Sequence record: MZ574432.2
Strand: one strand, 5' to 3'
DNA length: 64,000 bases
Position numbers and translations under genes: made by a program. Shown here piece by piece: positions 9,203-18,167 of the stretch. Each line of letters begins with the position of its first letter. Position 1 is the stretch's first letter. Below the pieces are notes generated by a model. It did no database searches. It was not told the DNA's origin and saw only the letters and a list, made by a program, of their open reading frames with translations.

Positions 9203-9703
9203 ATGAACGACCAATATCCGCCCCTGACCGATGGCCAGCAAGCGGCCCTGGTCGCCTTCGCCGACCAGCATGGCGGCCTGGGCGAGGCCTGGAAGGAAGC
9301 CCTCGGCGACGCCTGGAGGACGTGCAGCGAGCCCGAGGCCCTCAAGGCCGACCTGCGAACCATCCGCAACACCTATGGCCCCTCCTGGCTCTATGATGAA
9401 TATGCCTGGGGCTGGCGCCCGACCCTGCCGGAGTGGGAGCGCGCCGGGCGCTGGACCGACACCCCGCCGCAGCCGACGCCGGGCAAGGCCCGCTGGAGCG
9501 CGTCGTTCGACCCGCCGGCCATCGGCGAGCGCGTCCGGGTGACCACCAACGGCCTGGGCTGGGCGAGGGTCACCGGCTACTTCGTCGAAGGCGACTGGCT
9601 GGGCGTGATCGTCAAGCTTGAAGCCCCGGCCGACTGGTATGTCAAGCAGAACGGCGGCAACGTCCCCGGCCACAGCTTCGGAACCGAAATCGCCCTGGAT
9701 TAA
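9203..9703 (+). CDS. early hypothetical protein (166 aa)
   Basis: Start MNDQYPPL after the conserved leader AACGGGAGACACCCC. Confidence 0.8.
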   Translation: MNDQYPPLTDGQQAALVAFADQHGGLGEAWKEALGDAWRTCSEPEALKADLRTIRNTYGPSWLYDEYAWGWRPTLPEWERAGRWTDTPPQPTPGKARWSASFDPPAIGERVRVTTNGLGWARVTGYFVEGDWLGVIVKLEAPADWYVKQNGGNVPGHSFGTEIALD

Positions 9704-9770
9704 CCATCTGGGACTAGCCTGGGCGGCCCTGGCTGGGAAACCAGCCGGGGCGCAAGGCCGCCGGCCGGCG

Positions 9771-9890
9771 TTAAGGTTAACCTCTCTCGCCCGGCAGTTA
9801 AGGTTAAACCCGCCGCCCAGGCCGTTAACCAAGGCGCCCAAGAAAGTGCAAGAAAGCTGTTGACAAGCATCTAGGCCACATGCGACAAGA
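9771..9890 (+). promoter_or_regulatory. cassette control element
   Basis: GTTAAGGTTAAC twice plus promoter motif. Confidence 0.75.
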
Positions 9891-9914
9891 GGGCATCACA
9901 ACGGGAGACACCCC

Positions 9915-10769
9915 ATGACCACCGCCCCGCGCCTGTTCGCCGATCTCGACGACCTCGCCAAGACCACCTATGTCGTCCGCATCGTCGACAACGGCGGCGA
10001 GAGCGCCGACCGTTACACGATCGTCACCGCCGACGGCGACTATTACGCCTACAGCGCCAACCCCGGCCATCCCCAAGGCGTGGGCCTGTCGGGCGAAGGC
10101 ATCGACCCCCAAGTGCTGGCCACCTGGGTTGAGCGCGGCGAGGCCGTGGACCTCACCCTAGGCGAGCTTCCCGAGGCCGCCGCAAGGTGCCTGCTGGGCT
10201 CGCTGAACCAGTCTTTCGAGGACTTCCTGAAAGCCGTCGAGGACGGCGCCCGCGACGCCGTGGCCCCGACTCGCGAAAAGGCCTCGATCCATGACGGCTC
10301 TTACGACTCGTTCGGCAAGGGCCTCTATCGGGTCGGTGAGGCCCTGGCCATCCGCCGCGACGGCGACGACGCGGGCGACGATCTAGGCCCCTACATGACC
10401 GCCGTCGAGGCGGTCAAGAACACCCTCCCCGATGAATACGCCTTCGCCGGCGAGGAATATCTGTCGCCCCGCGACATGACCTTGACCGAGCCGGTCGCCA
10501 AGCCGCTGGCCCTGGTCCACGCCCTGGAGGCCATTCGTGACTATGAATATCAGCGCGACAACCCCGGCTCGTTCTTCGACGGCCTCAACGAGGACGACAC
10601 TGACGCGGGCCTGGGGACCGATCGCCGTATCGCCTACCTCAACGCCGTGACCAGTGATGCGCGCATCGTGTCGCGGATCGGCGAGGCCGACGCCCTGGCC
10701 CTGGCCCATGAGTGCCTCGCCGAACTGTGGACCCTCGCCCAAGAGCGTTGGGAAGAGGCCAAGGCCTAA
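9915..10769 (+). CDS. early hypothetical protein (284 aa)
   Basis: Conserved leader; DNGGESADRYT motif. Confidence 0.85.
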   Translation: MTTAPRLFADLDDLAKTTYVVRIVDNGGESADRYTIVTADGDYYAYSANPGHPQGVGLSGEGIDPQVLATWVERGEAVDLTLGELPEAAARCLLGSLNQSFEDFLKAVEDGARDAVAPTREKASIHDGSYDSFGKGLYRVGEALAIRRDGDDAGDDLGPYMTAVEAVKNTLPDEYAFAGEEYLSPRDMTLTEPVAKPLALVHALEAIRDYEYQRDNPGSFFDGLNEDDTDAGLGTDRRIAYLNAVTSDARIVSRIGEADALALAHECLAELWTLAQERWEEAKA

Positions 10770-10782
10770 GACTCCTGCATCG

Positions 10783-10925
10783 CCCCGGCCTCATCGCCGG
10801 GGCGTCTTTTTGACCACCGCCTGGGGTTAACCCTAACGCGACGTTAAGGTTAACCCCGGCGGCCCAGGCCTTAACCATCTTTTCCCGCAAGAAAGCTGTT
10901 GACGGCATGGCATGGACATGCGATG
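10783..10925 (+). promoter_or_regulatory. cassette control element
   Basis: Hairpin + T5; GTTAACCCTAACGCGACGTTAAGGTTAAC; promoter motif. Confidence 0.8.
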
Positions 10926-10957
10926 TCACAGAAACACCGAACGGGAGACACCCCCTC

Positions 10958-11992
10958 ATGACCACCTATCGGACGACCACCCGCCCCGACCGCCTGACGC
11001 AGATGGCGTTTTTCTCGTTCGACGCCCTGCGCTCGGACTCGCCCTTCGCCGTCAAGCCCGCCTGTGGCAAGGCGCCGCGCGAGCGCGCCCTGGAGGACTT
11101 CGACCCGGCCGTGATGTTCACCATCAAGCCGCGCGATCGCGGCGACGGCTACACCGCCCATGCCAATTTCGGCGGCTCTGAGGTGTCGTGGATCAGCATC
11201 GCCGGCTATGGCCTCACCGAGGAGGCCGCCCGCGCTGATCTCCTCGCCCGGTTCATCGCCGATCGCAACGGCGAGGGCAAATATGGCCCTCATGAGCCGC
11301 TGCATGGCTATGCCTGGACCAGCCAACTGGCGCCGTACTGGGATTTGCTGGAGCGTGAGGCGGCCATTCGCCAGCCCTTCGCCCGCACTCTCTATCTGGG
11401 CAAGCTCAAGTCGGGCCGCCCCAATCCCAAGGGCTTTGACGTGTTCGTCGATGTCACATGGACCGGCGAGCGCCTGACGCTGTCGGGCGTCATTGGCCCC
11501 AAGGCTAACGGCAATTCCTGGGGCGGCTGTGGCCAGATCATCGACAGTCTGGAGCGCAAGGCCTTCCTCGAATTCGCCCCGTCCTGGCATTATGACAGCG
11601 CCCTGACGGGCCTTGTGCAGGCCTGGACGCGCTGGCATTTGAACGACCTTCGCGCCGGCTCGCCGGCTCAGGAAAAGCACCTGCGCCACTATCAGGCCAA
11701 GCTCAACATTGAGCAGGCCATGACCGCCGGCGCCCATCATCTGGACGCCACCCGCGCCGAACTGGCGCGCGTGGGCCTGGAGCCTGACCCCTACCACCGC
11801 CACGGCGTCGGCTCCAAGGCCTACAGCTACGGCAGCGGCTGGCTGAAAGAGGAGGTTCCAACCCACGTTCTGGACTTCCTGCGCAACCTACCCGCCCCAT
11901 CAAACAAAGCCCCTGGAGGTAATCGCATGGCCCTAAACACCGCCGGCCTCGTCGCCCGTCTGCGCGAGGTTCTCGCCGCCGCCCGTCCCTGA
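10958..11992 (+). CDS. early hypothetical protein (~344 aa; C-terminus probably affected by a frameshift)
   Basis: WHLNDL and YGSGWL motifs of a widespread phage family; reads into a second SD-preceded ATG at 11927. Confidence 0.75.
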   Translation: MTTYRTTTRPDRLTQMAFFSFDALRSDSPFAVKPACGKAPRERALEDFDPAVMFTIKPRDRGDGYTAHANFGGSEVSWISIAGYGLTEEAARADLLARFIADRNGEGKYGPHEPLHGYAWTSQLAPYWDLLEREAAIRQPFARTLYLGKLKSGRPNPKGFDVFVDVTWTGERLTLSGVIGPKANGNSWGGCGQIIDSLERKAFLEFAPSWHYDSALTGLVQAWTRWHLNDLRAGSPAQEKHLRHYQAKLNIEQAMTAGAHHLDATRAELARVGLEPDPYHRHGVGSKAYSYGSGWLKEEVPTHVLDFLRNLPAPSNKAPGGNRMALNTAGLVARLREVLAAARP

Positions 11993-12321
11993 CCGAATGG
12001 GCCAAGGGGCGCGGTCTACAGCATCAAAACGTGTCCGCCGTGGCGCGTGGCGACACCGTGCCGCAAACCTCGATCGCCACGGCCCTGGGCTTGCGCCGGG
12101 TGACCATCCAAGCCTATCTGGCGCCCAGTGAAGCCCTGCCCCTGCTTCCGCCGGGCTGGGAAGAGGTGCAGCCCGGATCGGCGACCCCGGTCGGCTGGAC
12201 CCCTCGCGACAAGGCCGCCCAACCCATCCCGCAAAGCGGTTCGGCCGATCGCGCCGCCCGCGCCCGCGCCATCCGCCTGGAGCGGCTGCGAAACGAAAAA
12301 GAAATGCGAGAAAGCCGTTGA
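11927..12321 (+). pseudogene. frameshifted XRE/Cro-like helix-turn-helix gene
   Basis: GGAGGT SD + MALNTAGLVARLREVLAAA, continuing in the -1 frame as SLTEWAKGRGLQHQNVSAVARGDTVPQTSIATALGLRRV. Confidence 0.55.
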
Positions 12322-12346
12322 CAGCATAACAAGGCCATGCGACAAA
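12305..12346 (+). promoter_or_regulatory. early promoter motif without a CtrA-like box
   Basis: GCGAGAAAGCCGTTGACAGCAT..CATGCGAC. Confidence 0.7.
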
Positions 12347-12371
12347 GCCTCATCAACTGAGGAGCGCCGCC

Positions 12372-12590
12372 ATGGCCTATGCTCAAGCCTTCGTCGTCAA
12401 CGCCTACATCAACGCTCATGTCGAGGAAATCGCCTATAGCGCCATGATGGAAGACCGCGCCGCCGAGGAACTCGACGGCCTGGACTTTGGCGACCGCTGT
12501 TACTACGGCGACCGCGCTTATACGGAACAAAGGATGCTGGAGCGCTACGCCCTGGCCGCCGCTGATCTTCACCCCATCCTCTACGCCTGA
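12372..12590 (+). CDS. early hypothetical protein (72 aa)
   Basis: GAGGAG SD. Confidence 0.75.
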   Translation: MAYAQAFVVNAYINAHVEEIAYSAMMEDRAAEELDGLDFGDRCYYGDRAYTEQRMLERYALAAADLHPILYA

Positions 12591-12604
12591 AAGGAGGGCG
12601 TTCC

Positions 12605-12997
12605 ATGGCTAAGAAAAAGCTTCCGACGCCAAACCCGTATCGCCGCTACAGCGTCGAGGGCCTGGACGCGGCGACGAAGGCCGCCCGCCGTCCTTCGCGC
12701 GCCTGCATCCGCCATCACGTGGAAGAGGCCGCCAAGCGCCGCGCCGACGCCCTGGCCGCCCTGGCCAGCAAGACCCGCGTTTCGCGCGCCTCGACGATGA
12801 GCCTCCAGATGTGGCAAGAGGCCGCCACCGTCTCGCTCCACATCCTGGCGCGCAAGGCCCTGGAATACCATCGCATGAGAGCGTTCGCCGTCTCCAGCGG
12901 CGGCGGCTCCTACGCCCCGAGCGGCTGGCCTCTCGACCGCCACGCCCGCGACCAATGGGCCGCCCTCAACCCTCAAGCTTTCAGCGAGGCCGCATGA
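12605..12997 (+). CDS. early basic hypothetical protein (130 aa)
   Basis: AAGGAGG SD. Confidence 0.75.
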   Translation: MAKKKLPTPNPYRRYSVEGLDAATKAARRPSRACIRHHVEEAAKRRADALAALASKTRVSRASTMSLQMWQEAATVSLHILARKALEYHRMRAFAVSSGGGSYAPSGWPLDRHARDQWAALNPQAFSEAA

Positions 12998-13206
12998 CCC
13001 TGACCTATCGCACCGACTACACGCCCGACGACGGCAAGACCATCGAGGTCAGCGACCCGATGACGCGTGAGCAGGCCATGCGGCAAGCCGCCTACCTGTC
13101 GCGCACCTACGGGACCGCCTACGCCATCGCCAGCGACGGCAAACGCGACACCGGCCAAAGGGTCTATCAAGACGGCCGGTTCGCCTACCAAGACGACAAG
13201 TTCTAA
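12994..13206 (+). CDS. early hypothetical protein (70 aa)
   Basis: ATGA overlap; MTLTYRTDY. Confidence 0.75.
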   Translation: MTLTYRTDYTPDDGKTIEVSDPMTREQAMRQAAYLSRTYGTAYAIASDGKRDTGQRVYQDGRFAYQDDKF

Positions 13207-13209
13207 GGA

Positions 13210-13351
13210 AGGGCCTGGAGCGATCCGGGCCTTTTCATCGCCGGCCGGCGTTAACCCTAACGCGGCGTTAAGGTTAACCCTGGGACGCGGGGCGTAAACC
13301 AAGGAAAATGCAAGAAAGCTGTTGACACGCATCGAAGGACCATGCGACAAA
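13210..13351 (+). promoter_or_regulatory. cassette control element
   Basis: AGGGCC..GGGCCTTTT terminator; GTTAACCCTAACGCGGCGTTAAGGTTAAC; promoter motif. Confidence 0.8.
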
Positions 13352-13376
13352 GGCTCACCAACAACGGAGAGCCCCG

Positions 13377-13934
13377 ATGCTCGACCACCCGCTGATCGTC
13401 ACCGCCCTGGCCAATCTTCGCGAAGGCCCCGGCATGACCAATTCCGCCGATCGTCAGACCAAGGTCACGAGTCATCAACTGACCACGGCGATCATGCTCA
13501 AGGCCGCCGACCAGATCGCCCAAGCCCTGGGCGACCTCACCCCGCCGCCCTGCCTGGGCTATTTCCTCGCCAACGAGTTTGATCGCCTGGGAGACACCTG
13601 GGGCGACTTCATGACCGCCTTCGACGAAGGTCAGGCCCTTGCGGATGCTGACGAGGTGCTGGCGTGGTATCGCCGCACCGTCCGCGACGATCCCGAGGGC
13701 TACGCCGAGCGCATGGACGGCGCCTTGCCCAACGCCGCCACCCGAGCCCAGATCGAATCCGACTACGCCGCCGCCAAGGCCGGCGGCCGGTTCATCGTGG
13801 TTCACGGCAAGACCGGCTCGCAGTACGGCGACCGCCTGTCGCAACGCTTCGCCACCTACGAGGCGGCCGAAGAAGCCTGCGCCCCCTACCGCAAGCCCGG
13901 AACCTGGGCTTATGTCGATGAGGCCGCCTCGTGA
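13377..13934 (+). CDS. early hypothetical protein (185 aa)
   Basis: GGAG SD. Confidence 0.8.
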   Translation: MLDHPLIVTALANLREGPGMTNSADRQTKVTSHQLTTAIMLKAADQIAQALGDLTPPPCLGYFLANEFDRLGDTWGDFMTAFDEGQALADADEVLAWYRRTVRDDPEGYAERMDGALPNAATRAQIESDYAAAKAGGRFIVVHGKTGSQYGDRLSQRFATYEAAEEACAPYRKPGTWAYVDEAAS

Positions 13935-14332
13935 CCAAGTTCGAGCGCCTGGACGGCTTCACGCAAGCCTTCATTTCGTCGATGGTGACGGGCAAGCCCT
14001 ACGGCTTCGCCGACCTGTCGCCCGACGCCCTGGCCCGCATCATCGCCGATTGCGAGGCCTTCCAATGCGGGCGCCTGGACAAGCCCGCCCGCATGGTCTT
14101 TGGCCGCACGCCGCCGGCCACCACCGCCGTCATGGCCGTGGTCCGGGGCTCCCTGTGCTGGCACGCCGGCCGGCACTTCTGGTTGTCGCGCCAAGGCCTG
14201 CCCGACGGCTTCGACCAGAGCGAGGCCTTCGCCGGGACCTGGGCGCCGCTGCTGCACAAGCTGGCCCTGACCTTCCCGCCCCTCACCGTTCACCAAGACG
14301 CCCAAGGCGTCGTCACCGTCTCGGAGGCCTGA
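13931..14332 (+). CDS. early hypothetical protein (133 aa), paralogue of 22365/23794
   Basis: Shares [26 protein letters not shown] with FTRQYI..MIEDCATFQ..AGHDFWLTRNG. Confidence 0.75.
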   Translation: MTKFERLDGFTQAFISSMVTGKPYGFADLSPDALARIIADCEAFQCGRLDKPARMVFGRTPPATTAVMAVVRGSLCWHAGRHFWLSRQGLPDGFDQSEAFAGTWAPLLHKLALTFPPLTVHQDAQGVVTVSEA

Positions 14333-14334
14333 CC

Positions 14335-14970
14335 GTGGACCGCATCGAATCCGCCACCCGCGCCGTGGACACCTTCGTAGGCGCCACGTGCGCCCCCGCC
14401 TCCATGTTCGGGCATCTGCGAGACGACGACGCCCGCGACGGCGCGCTCTGCGAACTGCTGCGCAATCTGCGCCACTTCGCCGACACCTACGGCCTGGACT
14501 TCGCCGCCCTGGACGCCCGCGCCGGCCGGCTCTACGAGGGCGACACCGCCCAACTCGGGACCCTCGTTCTCGACGAGTCGGCCTGGAGCGCCTACGGCGA
14601 CACCCTGGACACGCGCCGCGCGGCGATCGCCGCCGCCCTGCTGGCCAAGGACCACGCCGAACCGTCCGCCAGCCGCGAGGAGGCCGAAACCGAGGCCATG
14701 ACCGATCACGCCGCCGTCGTCGGAACCGTGATCCGGGTAAACGACATCACCGGCTATTACGGCGAGACCGGGCAAGAGGACTTGCGCCCCCATGACGGCG
14801 CCCCGCCCTTCGCCGTCGTCGTCATGCCCTCGCCGCGCGATGATGTCATCTACTGGAATGACGAGCATCTGGACGCGCGATGGAACGTCGAGCCCGCGCC
14901 GGGCGAAACCCGCCTCTATGGCCTGCGCTCGCTCTGGGTCTTTGGCCGCTCTTTCGTCGTGGAGGGCTGA
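14335..14970 (+). CDS. early hypothetical protein (211 aa)
   Basis: GTG start after GGAGG. Confidence 0.75.
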   Translation: MDRIESATRAVDTFVGATCAPASMFGHLRDDDARDGALCELLRNLRHFADTYGLDFAALDARAGRLYEGDTAQLGTLVLDESAWSAYGDTLDTRRAAIAAALLAKDHAEPSASREEAETEAMTDHAAVVGTVIRVNDITGYYGETGQEDLRPHDGAPPFAVVVMPSPRDDVIYWNDEHLDARWNVEPAPGETRLYGLRSLWVFGRSFVVEG

Positions 14971-14972
14971 TC

Positions 14973-15116
14973 ATGACCAGCCTGCAACGCGCCGGCTACG
15001 AGGCCCAGCGCGCTGGCGTCAAGTGGTGGCACAACCCGCACCCGTCGGGCTCCCCCGCCGCCTATCAATGGGACGAGGGCCACACCTTCGCCCGCCGTTC
15101 GATCACCCCCGTCTAG
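14973..15116 (+). CDS. Rmf/CrpP-like small protein (47 aa), copy 1
   Basis: GYEAQRAG..NPHP..QWDEG pattern resembles the RMF GY.AG..G..CPY..W..GW pattern. Confidence 0.55.
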   Translation: MTSLQRAGYEAQRAGVKWWHNPHPSGSPAAYQWDEGHTFARRSITPV

Positions 15117-15128
15117 GAAAGGCCACCC

Positions 15129-15425
15129 ATGACCGAAGAACCGATTCGCCTGCGGGCCGAGCCCGCCAACATGACCACCGTCGCCGTGGGCGGGGTGCTG
15201 CTGTACTTCTCATATCTGACCCTGGTGGGCTTCCGCTGCCCGCGCCTGGGGACCGTCGTCAACCCCGAGGGCCGGGCCAAGTCCAAGACCACCGCCGCCC
15301 ACATGACCCACTTTGGCCTCAACGCGCCGGGAACGGGTCAATGCAGCACTGAAGAAGACTTTCAGACCCTGGCCATGGGCGCGGTCATGGGTTCGAGCGG
15401 CCCTGATCACCTGTTGCTCAACTAA
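15129..15425 (+). CDS. hypothetical protein (98 aa), copy 1
   Basis: ORF with SD. Confidence 0.75.
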   Translation: MTEEPIRLRAEPANMTTVAVGGVLLYFSYLTLVGFRCPRLGTVVNPEGRAKSKTTAAHMTHFGLNAPGTGQCSTEEDFQTLAMGAVMGSSGPDHLLLN

Positions 15426-15426
15426 C

Positions 15427-15570
15427 ATGACCAGCCTGCAACGCGCCGGCTACGAGGCCCAGCGCGCTGGCGTCAAGTGGTGGCACAACCCGCACCCGTC
15501 GGGCTCCCCCGCCGCCTATCAATGGGACGAGGGCCACACCTTCGCCCGCCGTTCGATCACCCCCGTCTAG
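15427..15570 (+). CDS. Rmf/CrpP-like small protein, copy 2
   Basis: Identical to 14973-15116. Confidence 0.55.
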   Translation: MTSLQRAGYEAQRAGVKWWHNPHPSGSPAAYQWDEGHTFARRSITPV

Positions 15571-15582
15571 GAAAGGCCACCC

Positions 15583-15879
15583 ATGACCGAAGAACCGATT
15601 CGCCTGCGGGCCGAGCCCGCCAACATGACCACCGTCGCCGTGGGCGGGGTGCTGCTGTACTTCTCATATCTGACCCTGGTGGGCTTCCGCTGCCCGCGCC
15701 TGGGGACCGTCGTCAACCCCGAGGGCCGGGCCAAGTCCAAGACCACCGCCGCCCACATGACCCACTTTGGCCTCAACGCGCCGGGAACGGGTCAATGCAG
15801 CACTGAAGAAGACTTTCAGACCCTGGCCATGGGCGCGGTCATGGGTTCGAGCGGCCCTGATCACCTGTTGCTCAACTAA
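15583..15879 (+). CDS. hypothetical protein (98 aa), copy 2
   Basis: Identical to 15129-15425. Confidence 0.75.
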   Translation: MTEEPIRLRAEPANMTTVAVGGVLLYFSYLTLVGFRCPRLGTVVNPEGRAKSKTTAAHMTHFGLNAPGTGQCSTEEDFQTLAMGAVMGSSGPDHLLLN

Positions 15880-16062
15880 AGACCGCTCCAAGGTCTTGGG
15901 CTGTCATCTTCCCGTTAGACTATGACAGCCCAGCCCCGCGAACACTTCCCAACACTCGAAAACACAACCCTGTGTAGAAAGCGATTCCAAGTAATGCGTT
16001 TGATCGAAGGCGGCGGCTTCCTGGCTTTGTGCTTCCTGCTGTGGCTGCTGCACTGAGAAAAC

Positions 16063-16105
16063 TGCAAGAAGGCTGTTGACAGCATCGAGAGCCCATGCGA
16101 CAAAG
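16063..16105 (+). promoter_or_regulatory. early promoter motif
   Basis: GCAAGAAGGCTGTTGACAGCAT..CATGCGAC. Confidence 0.75.
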
Positions 16106-16131
16106 GCCCATCGCAACCGGAGACCGCCGCG

Positions 16132-16398
16132 ATGGCCACCGACTACGACGATTACGGGCAAGACGCCTACGACAATTACGAAGGCTCTGTCATTGACGAG
16201 GCTTTCGAGCGCAACGCCGAAGACGCCTATGAGGACGACCTGGGCGCCGAAGACCCCGACCTCGAATTCCCCGACGAGGAGGACGACGAGGCCGACCTTC
16301 GCCGGGCCGAAGGGCTCATGCCCTGGGCCACCCCCGAGGGCGTGGAGCCGGGGCAGTTCCCCCGCCGCGCCTACGACGACGACGAAATCCCGTTCTAG
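16132..16398 (+). CDS. highly acidic protein ending in an SSB C-terminal-like motif (DDDEIPF)
   Basis: About one third Asp/Glu; C-terminus YDDDEIPF. Confidence 0.8.
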   Translation: MATDYDDYGQDAYDNYEGSVIDEAFERNAEDAYEDDLGAEDPDLEFPDEEDDEADLRRAEGLMPWATPEGVEPGQFPRRAYDDDEIPF

Positions 16399-16403
16399 CG
16401 GGG

Positions 16404-16572
16404 AGGGCCTGGAGCGATCCGGGCCTTTTTCGCGCCGGCCAGCGTTAACCTTAACGCGCGCTTAAGGTTAACCCCGCCCGGACCGTTTTTCGTTTTGGCT
16501 GTCGGGCGGGATTTCGTTTTGTCTGTCGAGTGCAAGAAAGCTGTTGACACGCATCGCAGCCCCATGCGACAA
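16404..16572 (+). promoter_or_regulatory. cassette control element
   Basis: Terminator with the same core as that at 13210 (GGGCCTGGAGCGATCCGGGCCTTTT); GTTAACCTTAACGCGCGCTTAAGGTTAAC; promoter motif. Confidence 0.8.
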
Positions 16573-16600
16573 AGGCTCATCACCAACGGAGGCCTTTTTC

Positions 16601-16900
16601 ATGGCCAGCTACGAGATCACCATTTCGGTTGACGTGTCGGTCGAGGACATCGAACTCCTTTACGCCGCCGCCCTGGCCCGCGCCAAGCAAGAGGGTCAAC
16701 CCGACGACAACGCCGTCGCCCTGCTGACCAATAGCGACCCGCTGGGCCGCCCTGACGTGCCGTCCTGCCTCATGATGCTGTTCGATCCGGGCGTGAGCCC
16801 TGACGGCACCTCGATCAACAACACCGCCGCCAAGCGCGCGGAGTACGACGAGGACGAGGACATGGACGCCTACGAGGAATCCCTGGAGGACGACAAGTGA
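16601..16900 (+). CDS. early hypothetical protein (99 aa, acidic tail)
   Basis: Start MASYEIT after GGAGG. Confidence 0.8.
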   Translation: MASYEITISVDVSVEDIELLYAAALARAKQEGQPDDNAVALLTNSDPLGRPDVPSCLMMLFDPGVSPDGTSINNTAAKRAEYDEDEDMDAYEESLEDDK

Positions 16901-17352
16901 GCTATTCCGGCCCCATCACCATCAGCCAAGGTCTGCGCTGGCGCCTCGATAGCTACGGCAACGGCGCGGCCTATGCGCTCTATGACCTGTCGGCCGGCGC
17001 CAGCGTCTGGATCGACGGCGACGACGCCACCACCTTCCGCGAGGCCCTCGACACGGTCGAAGCGCAACGCCCGCAAGACGAGCCTGACGAAATCCTGGGT
17101 CATCTCTGGGACGAGCACGACTATGGCGCCGCCGCCACGGTGCAGGTTGTCGTCGTGCGCCGGGTGATCCGTGAAGACACCGTCATCGCCTTGCGCCCTG
17201 GCGAGACCGAAGCGCAAGCCAAGGAACGGGCCATCTTCAATCAATCCTCCCTCAAGTGGGATACCTACGACTGCGAATATAGCGCCGACCCCGTCACCAC
17301 CGAGCCGGCGGCCGAATACGACTATCTGCGCCAACTGCCCGGCGCCATCTAA
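16897..17352 (+). CDS. early hypothetical protein (151 aa)
   Basis: GTGA overlap. Confidence 0.75.
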   Translation: MSYSGPITISQGLRWRLDSYGNGAAYALYDLSAGASVWIDGDDATTFREALDTVEAQRPQDEPDEILGHLWDEHDYGAAATVQVVVVRRVIREDTVIALRPGETEAQAKERAIFNQSSLKWDTYDCEYSADPVTTEPAAEYDYLRQLPGAI

Positions 17353-17399
17353 GGCCCTGGCCCGCCCTGACCCGGCGGGCCTTTCTTTCGCCGATCGCC

Positions 17400-17480
17400 G
17401 TTAACCCTAACCGCCCGTTAAGGTTAACGCCAAAGAAACTACAAGAAAGCTGTTGACACGCATAGCGGCCCTATGCGAGA
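17400..17480 (+). promoter_or_regulatory. cassette control element
   Basis: GTTAACCCTAACCGCCCGTTAAGGTTAAC; promoter motif. Confidence 0.8.
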
Positions 17481-17517
17481 ACGTCCCTGCCGCATCGGCG
17501 GCCTGGAGACCTATGCC

Positions 17518-18096
17518 ATGACCCGCGATTTCGTTCCGCACGTCATCACCGCCCGCACCATCGACGGCGCCTGCTATTTCATCGGCGGCCAGTCCTATGG
17601 CGATCACCTGGGCCACGCCCGCGTCATGACCAAGGATGACGCCGAACGCCGCGTCGGCGCCCTCCAGCGCCTGGAGCGCGCCAGCGCCGCGACCCGCCGC
17701 GCCAACGACCCCCATGAGGACGACTTTTCGGGCGTCTATGGCCTCGCCGTCGTGGCCACGACCTGGGAAGCCCTGGACAAGGCCGCCGAGGCGGTCAAGA
17801 CCTGGGAAGAGGCCGACCTTGCCGCCGAGGAGGCTCACGACGCCCTTTATGACGACTATGACCCGAACGAGGGCATGAGCGCCGAGGAGATCGCCGCCGA
17901 AAGCGCGTGGTGGCGCGAGCAGATGGCCAAGGACCAGCCTTTCGCCCCTGGCCAGTCGGTGACCATCACCGATGAGCTTCACCCCGACCACGGCGCCAGC
18001 GCCCGCGTCGTCGAAGCCGAGCAATCGGGCTATCTGGTGCTTGCCCTGGGCGAGCGCCTGACCTGGGGCTTGGCCAAGGGCGTGGCCGCCGCCTAA
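17518..18096 (+). CDS. early hypothetical protein (192 aa)
   Basis: Start MTRDFVP after GGAG. Confidence 0.75.
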   Translation: MTRDFVPHVITARTIDGACYFIGGQSYGDHLGHARVMTKDDAERRVGALQRLERASAATRRANDPHEDDFSGVYGLAVVATTWEALDKAAEAVKTWEEADLAAEEAHDALYDDYDPNEGMSAEEIAAESAWWREQMAKDQPFAPGQSVTITDELHPDHGASARVVEAEQSGYLVLALGERLTWGLAKGVAAA

Positions 18097-18098
18097 AG

Positions 18099-18128
18099 AA
18101 AAAGGCCCTGGCGAGCGCCGGGGCCTTT
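18099..18128. terminator. bidirectional intrinsic terminator
   Basis: AAAAAGGCCC..GGGCCTTT between convergent genes. Confidence 0.7.
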
Positions 18129-18167
18129 CGATCGTAAGCTGTGATTAACCCTAACGCCGCCTTAAGG

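Larger units (their letters stand above)
14972..15879. repeat. exact 454-bp tandem duplication of a two-gene unit
   Basis: 14972-15425 equals 15426-15879; identical translations in the ORF track at +454. Confidence 0.95.
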
